Source of the DNA: Catajapyx aquilonaris
Lineage: Eukaryota
DNA length: 27,885 bases
NCBI GenBank assembly: GCA_000934665.2
Contig: KZ538262.1
Coordinates: forward strand, 62,001 to 89,885
Direction of reading: 5' to 3'
The stretch's first letter is position 1; each line of letters begins with the position of its first letter. Shown one piece after another: positions 22,457 to 27,885 of the stretch. A program made the translations under genes and the position numbers. The notes below the pieces were generated by a model. It worked only from the letters and a program-made list of their open reading frames with translations, ran no database searches and was not told the DNA's origin.

Positions 22457-25400
22457 AAGAAGTGGCTAATCTCATATTTTTTTAAAGCTTCCAAAATGAA
22501 AAGTACGTAGGGGGAGGGGGTAGGCTAATCAACAAACAAACAATCCGTACTCACTTTGAGCTGACCTTCAAAGGTTAACGAGGGTGACATTCCGTCGGCT
22601 ACATATCAGTCTGTTCTGAAATTACACCCCCAGATTCTGCAATCTGATATCGCGATAATAAATTTTGAAATAAGTTTGTTTTCATCCCTCCGATACACTT
22701 GACCTCACCTGAAAGGTGAATCAACGTTCAGTACATATGTCTGATTCGTCACTAGCTAACTCACACAACATGTGGCAAGGTCGGGGTGGAGCACATTTGC
22801 AGTTAAAAAAAAGAAGAGGAAGAGCCCCCTTACCACACGCCACTATCCCCCCTCCTATTAAATTGCATGACCTTCAACCCCTATAGCCCCTCCTTACTCA
22901 TCACCAAACTACGCCGTTTGTATACAAACGTCTTTTTTTCATGTCCTCGAATGAACCTAGTGTTGTAACCAAGTGCTTTAATTTTTACCGCACACGCTCC
23001 CTAAACAAGGACATAGAAACTGGGTCGATTAATCGATCATCCGGAGGTGAGTAACTCCTCAAGTCGAGGATCGGAGGATATTTGCAATGTGCTACAGTCT
23101 AACATGCATGAGGCAGCTGCAAACAACCTTCCTTGAATTCAAACAGCTGGCTATACATCCCTGTCACTAGATGGAGGGAAATGAGCTCAGATGGTTCTGA
23201 TATACCCACGTCCACGTGTATTTTTTTTGCAAAACTTCCTTCAGATGATCCGATACGGAAAAGGAAAATATTGTTTACCAGCATGGCGCACGAAAAAAAA
23301 AAAGCGAAGGCCAACTTGCACCTATCTAAAAATACTGTCTGTAATTTCATTACCGACGTAATGGTGGGACAATATTCTCAGGTTTCGTAAGAAGATGTAA
23401 CAACCTTCGCGCTCGGTTGACCTCCGGAGCTTGCAAAATAAAAAAAATAAAAAAAGCGAAATGGACAAGACAGACAGTTCGATTTCGTGCTACCCCAAAA
23501 TGAAGGACATACATGCTCCTGAACGAGATTGCTGCAAGAATAAATCTGCTTCCTATGCCACCCAGGAAACCCTTTCAAGGCAAACAAGAGGGTGCGCACA
23601 AAAAATTTCACTATAGCCCCATCACTTAACCCAAGAGTCGATAATCTTCTTTCGCACAATATTTTGCCCTTCACCCGACCTCTTTTACCACGAAAAAAAA
23701 AAGGCAGCTGCTAAAAACCCACCCATCACCTGCCCCCAAAAAACTGTTCCCCACTACTGACCCAGCACAAATAACTATTTTTAAAACCAGCAGGTGACCA
23801 TAACAAGCCAGGTGCAAAAACGGATTCGCCGAACAGCCCCGGAAATAATTCGCATTATTAAGAATCCTGTCCACCTGTATTTCCTGGTGTCCCAAACCTA
23901 CCATCAGGAAGGAAGTTGAGATAGGTCCTCGCCAATATTTACTCTCAAAGCAAACCGAGCGTGGCCATCTTTAGGCCGCTCTGTATCCGGTCGGACCGGT
24001 ATGCCCGCGAAAAAAACCTCGCAAATTTACGACCAAGGTGTGGGTGTCGACGCTTAAACTAATTTGGTCGAGCTGACCACGCTGCACACATTCCTAACTA
24101 CCATCACGCATTTACTTTCACTCTCCCATCAACACGCCATCATGTACTGTACCTACGAGGTCTTATCCGCAGCGTAATATTCCAACGCTCTTAAATTCAA
24201 TTCCTAGGCGCGAATGGCCTGGGCGGGAATAGATTTTTGGCGTCATTGGCCTTGAACTGCGCTAAAGATTTTTGGCCCCCCCGCAGCGATGTCGACGCTG
24301 CTGCGATCTCGCGAAGGGCGTCCGCTTTACCTCCGCGAAAAATTCATACCGGATGAGTAATGCAAAAAGAGCTTAACCTTTTGACTGAAAAATTCGCGCA
24401 AAAACGAGAGAAAGGGAACAAGTTTGCCTTCAAAAAAAAATACTGATGCCACAGTTACGTTATTGTTATCCGCATTACGCTTAGGCCAGGTCATGTAACA
24501 ATGACGCTCCTTTTATGAGCGGTGAAACAGTGTCATTTCACTAGAGCGTGCGACCCCTTACCAGCAACCGTAAGAGAAAGTATTACACGATTTTTTTTTT
24601 TGCCGTCTCCGAAGCCCAGGCACGTGCAGGATTACACACGTGTACACGATGAAAGGGGAGCTTATTTTCCACGGAGGCACACCCCACGTGTGAAACATCC
24701 CGCATAATCCCCAATTGATATGCGGGAAAACAAAGTACCCCACCATCCCCCGCATCAACGTACAGAAACGGGGCAGTGTTGACCTTCCTGACACACGGGG
24801 TGGAAGGGAGCACACACCGCCAATCGGGCGCCTGGAAAGATGCTCGCCGGAGAGCAAACCTCATGAAAAAGTCAGATGGGCCCTATTAATAAAGGTCACC
24901 CGAGACGATCAAACGGTCTGATGACAAATGACCCTCGGGGACGCGGTGTGCAATTGGACCTCCTTTTATGGGCCTTTCCGCGCTTGGGGACCGACGACGG
25001 AATGACACCCACTGTATACAGTACACGTGCTCGATCTCCAAGCCTTCATCAGGTATGCGCCGAGTGGGAAGCACGCGGCTCAAAATTGCAATCGGAGTTT
25101 GTTTACCATGTCATACATATCCGCTTACCACACGGGACCTACCGAACGGACTTCGAAGCAGGTAACACGTGGCAATAAATTCTGGGGGGCTGCTAAGGAT
25201 TGATGCTGCACTCTGATCACCCAAATGGGATTATTTTGCCTGAAAAGTTGGGACCCAGGGACGGGGACCTAGGTCTATGCAACTCACGTACATTCCATCC
25301 CGACCATACTTCCCCCACGACAAAAGCAGCGCCATTGTTCGGGTCATCAATAGTGCGGCATCCTGCCCGAGACAAAAGCGGGACCCCCCCAACTTTTGCT

Positions 25401-25968
25401 CGTCGGTAAGAGTAGTAGGGGGGGGGGGGGGTCCACCTGCTAGTCGGCCTTCATTTTTATCCTCTATTTTGTCACGGTACTTCCTCCACACAAAAAAATG
25501 AGCAAGTGTCGGATCCTCCTTGCACAATGAGATCTTGCAAATCAGGCCTGACGCAACCCTACTCCTTTTCTATTATCTTCAGCGCCTACTTGACACCCGT
25601 GGAAAAAGCAAGTCCATAAAATTGTCACCCTGCAAGTAACTCTACCCGATAACGAACGGTTTCCAGGAAAGAATGACGCCAAGAGTCGANGGGTTCTATA
25701 TTTACTCCCCCCCTCAAGAGTACTAAAGGTGCAATGACTCGACAGGTCAACAACTTATTTTTTGAAACCCACCACCAACCCATAGCCTCCTCCGACTATA
25801 CCCATGTCTCCCTTTGGCAGGTTCCTTCCCGAAGTGGAGTTTCGCCGAGTCGGTCTGCACTTCTGGGAATACTGCCAGCACTTTCTGGATGAAGGGAAAT
25901 TACATTTGGAAGCCCTGCCAAAGCGGAGGGAGGTGGGCATCAAAAGTAGCCTTCTTTTAGCCAAAAAA

Positions 25969-25984
25969 AGAGAGAGAGAGAGAG
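25969..25984. repeat. (AG)8 microsatellite
   Basis: Read directly from the sequence. Confidence 0.85.
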
Positions 25985-27885
25985 AAACATGGTTCATAAT
26001 AAAGCTGTCCGGTAATTGCTAATGGCAAAGAGAGGAATGCTACCAATGGCTAAGCTTTCAGATGAATCAATTTTTTTTCTCCGCCAAGTCGATAAGCTAT
26101 TGCTGGAGTGAATGCCAACTATCTCAAGGATCCGGTACTTACCAAAAGTAGCTGAGGACTCCGAACTTGGTGACTGAAGGGAGACCAATATCGTCTGAAA
26201 ATCGAAAAAAGTTATGTCAGTCGAGTCAGAATATAATTCGTATGTATACAATGTACTATTAGTGTTATTACATGCAACATAATGGTAAGTGACGGTAATC
26301 ATATTGTACAACAATATAGGCCTACATTTATTAAAACTCTTTATGATTTTCTATTGGCAGCATGTCATTGTCATTGGATGTTCTACACCAGATTCACTGA
26401 AAATTCAATTACTATTGTGCCAACTGTGTCAATCATTGTCATATCAACTGTAAAAAAAAAAAGCAAATCCATTTTGGCACTGATACTGGACAGTGAAACT
26501 ATTTCGAACTATTGCACCTTCCACTCGATCACAGTGACATTTACGGACCACTGAAACCGCCAGAAAGCCAGAAAATGGGGATCAGATCCGAGCTGGTGCT
26601 TTTACAGCCCGATGGCGCAAGGTCACATGTCACCGAATATTTTCTCCCCAAATTACACCTCGACCCTCTTTCCTTTTCGTTTTTTTTACGACACCCCGAT
26701 GTTCCCGGAACAAGCCAAAAAGCCCTCTGACCTTCTACTGGTCAAGGCCTACCCTTTCACAGCCATCTTCCAGGAAATAAACCTACTTACTTTTTGGGGT
26801 CAACCTTGACCACCACTATAAACAAACCGACGGGTCATTCATCCACATTTGCCGCCATGGCGCAGGAAAAATATAAAGCACCCCTCCAAATAAGAGAAGA
26901 TATAATAATGGCCAGAACATGAGCGCTAATTGGCCACGAGTGAGGCAACCCTTTTTGCTTTATGGTCCGGCTCACCCTGGAGATTAAATCCGACCCGGTT
27001 GGCATTGGACGTCTTCTTTCTAGATATCCGATTTGAAGCGTTCAAGGTGCGGGGCTTGAAATACGAGCATGTGTGATTCCTCGCATGCTACTGTTATATT
27101 TCATATGGCAGCGTGCAAATCAAGCTAGTGGGGGCCCGTTGATATCGACTAGTTTCATGAGCTTAAAATAACGTGATCGGACGGTATTGAAGCTGCAAAG
27201 TACATTCGGCGGGAAAAATAAAGATTGCTTTCGTATGTGAACTGTACGCAAAGTCAATGAGATTCCAATACTGTGGGACTGCTCGTATGGTGCATGAAAA
27301 CAAACCACGTGCAATCCTGCATAACGCAAAGCTGTGGTGATTTAGCTCACTTCATGAATTACTGCATCACGTATATATCAGTGTACGCTGAACAGTCATG
27401 GTCGTTCTATTATGAGGTGTCACCATCCATTACACTTTGTCATGTCCATGGCTGTGCAGAATTAGCATTACACACTGGCAAGGAAGAGGTGCTAGGGAGA
27501 AAAAAGTGGTAACAAAAGTCATCGCTAAGGGCCCTTTTCCAGCAGATTGCACGGAACCCATCTGAAATTACCTTGTATCAAAAAGAGTGGTCCCACTAAT
27601 GCACCCTCACCGAAGAGGCGAAAACAGATTTATCAAACCCTTACTGTTCCTAAGTTTTATTTCATGTTATGTCACGTTCATATCGCCAACTCATTCCCCT
27701 CTTCGTACACGTTTCGTTGAACTATCCGCTGATGCCTCAAATCTGGTGTAAATGTCTGTAATTTTGAGCGCATGACATAGTTTACCCTATAGCGACAATA
27801 AAACAAATTTTTGCGTCAAATTTCCAATGAGTTTAAGCAGAACCAGCAAAAAGAAACGGTTGACTATCCGCTATTTCCCCCCCCC

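Noticed and set aside
1..27885. CRISPR arrays, rRNA/tRNA genes, transposase/RT ORFs, operon-like systems
   Set aside because: I saw no regularly spaced repeats, RNA gene signatures or such domains. The architecture is a eukaryotic intron-rich gene.

Overview
Eukaryotic (arthropod) genomic DNA, almost all non-coding, covering the 5' part of an ecdysone receptor (EcR/NR1H) gene on the minus strand. Two alternative first coding exons are recognisable. The EcR-A-specific exon (13787->13055, coding from 13592 or 13577) carries DVKHE, HMFRG, VKTEP, PAKRGR, EDW and A-box motifs. About 9.4 kb downstream, the EcR-B1-specific exon (coding ~3473->3128) carries the S-rich EVSSSS and DL-rich LDFWDLDL motifs. 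Both end in phase-1 GT donors, so the shared exons (DBD/LBD) should lie beyond coordinate 1. A non-insect arthropod such as a tick or other chelicerate is my best guess from motif style, but this is inference only. The flanking and intronic DNA is dense in nuclear-receptor half-sites, CACGTG E-boxes, bZIP palindromes and YY1/Pho motifs, including a repeated E-box+AGGTCA composite element. The assembly has N-gaps at G/C runs and many homopolymers, so single-base details need caution. I see no prokaryotic system, CRISPR array, RNA gene or intact mobile element. Any novelty here is cis-regulatory or translational, not a new gene system. All motif counts were made by eye.
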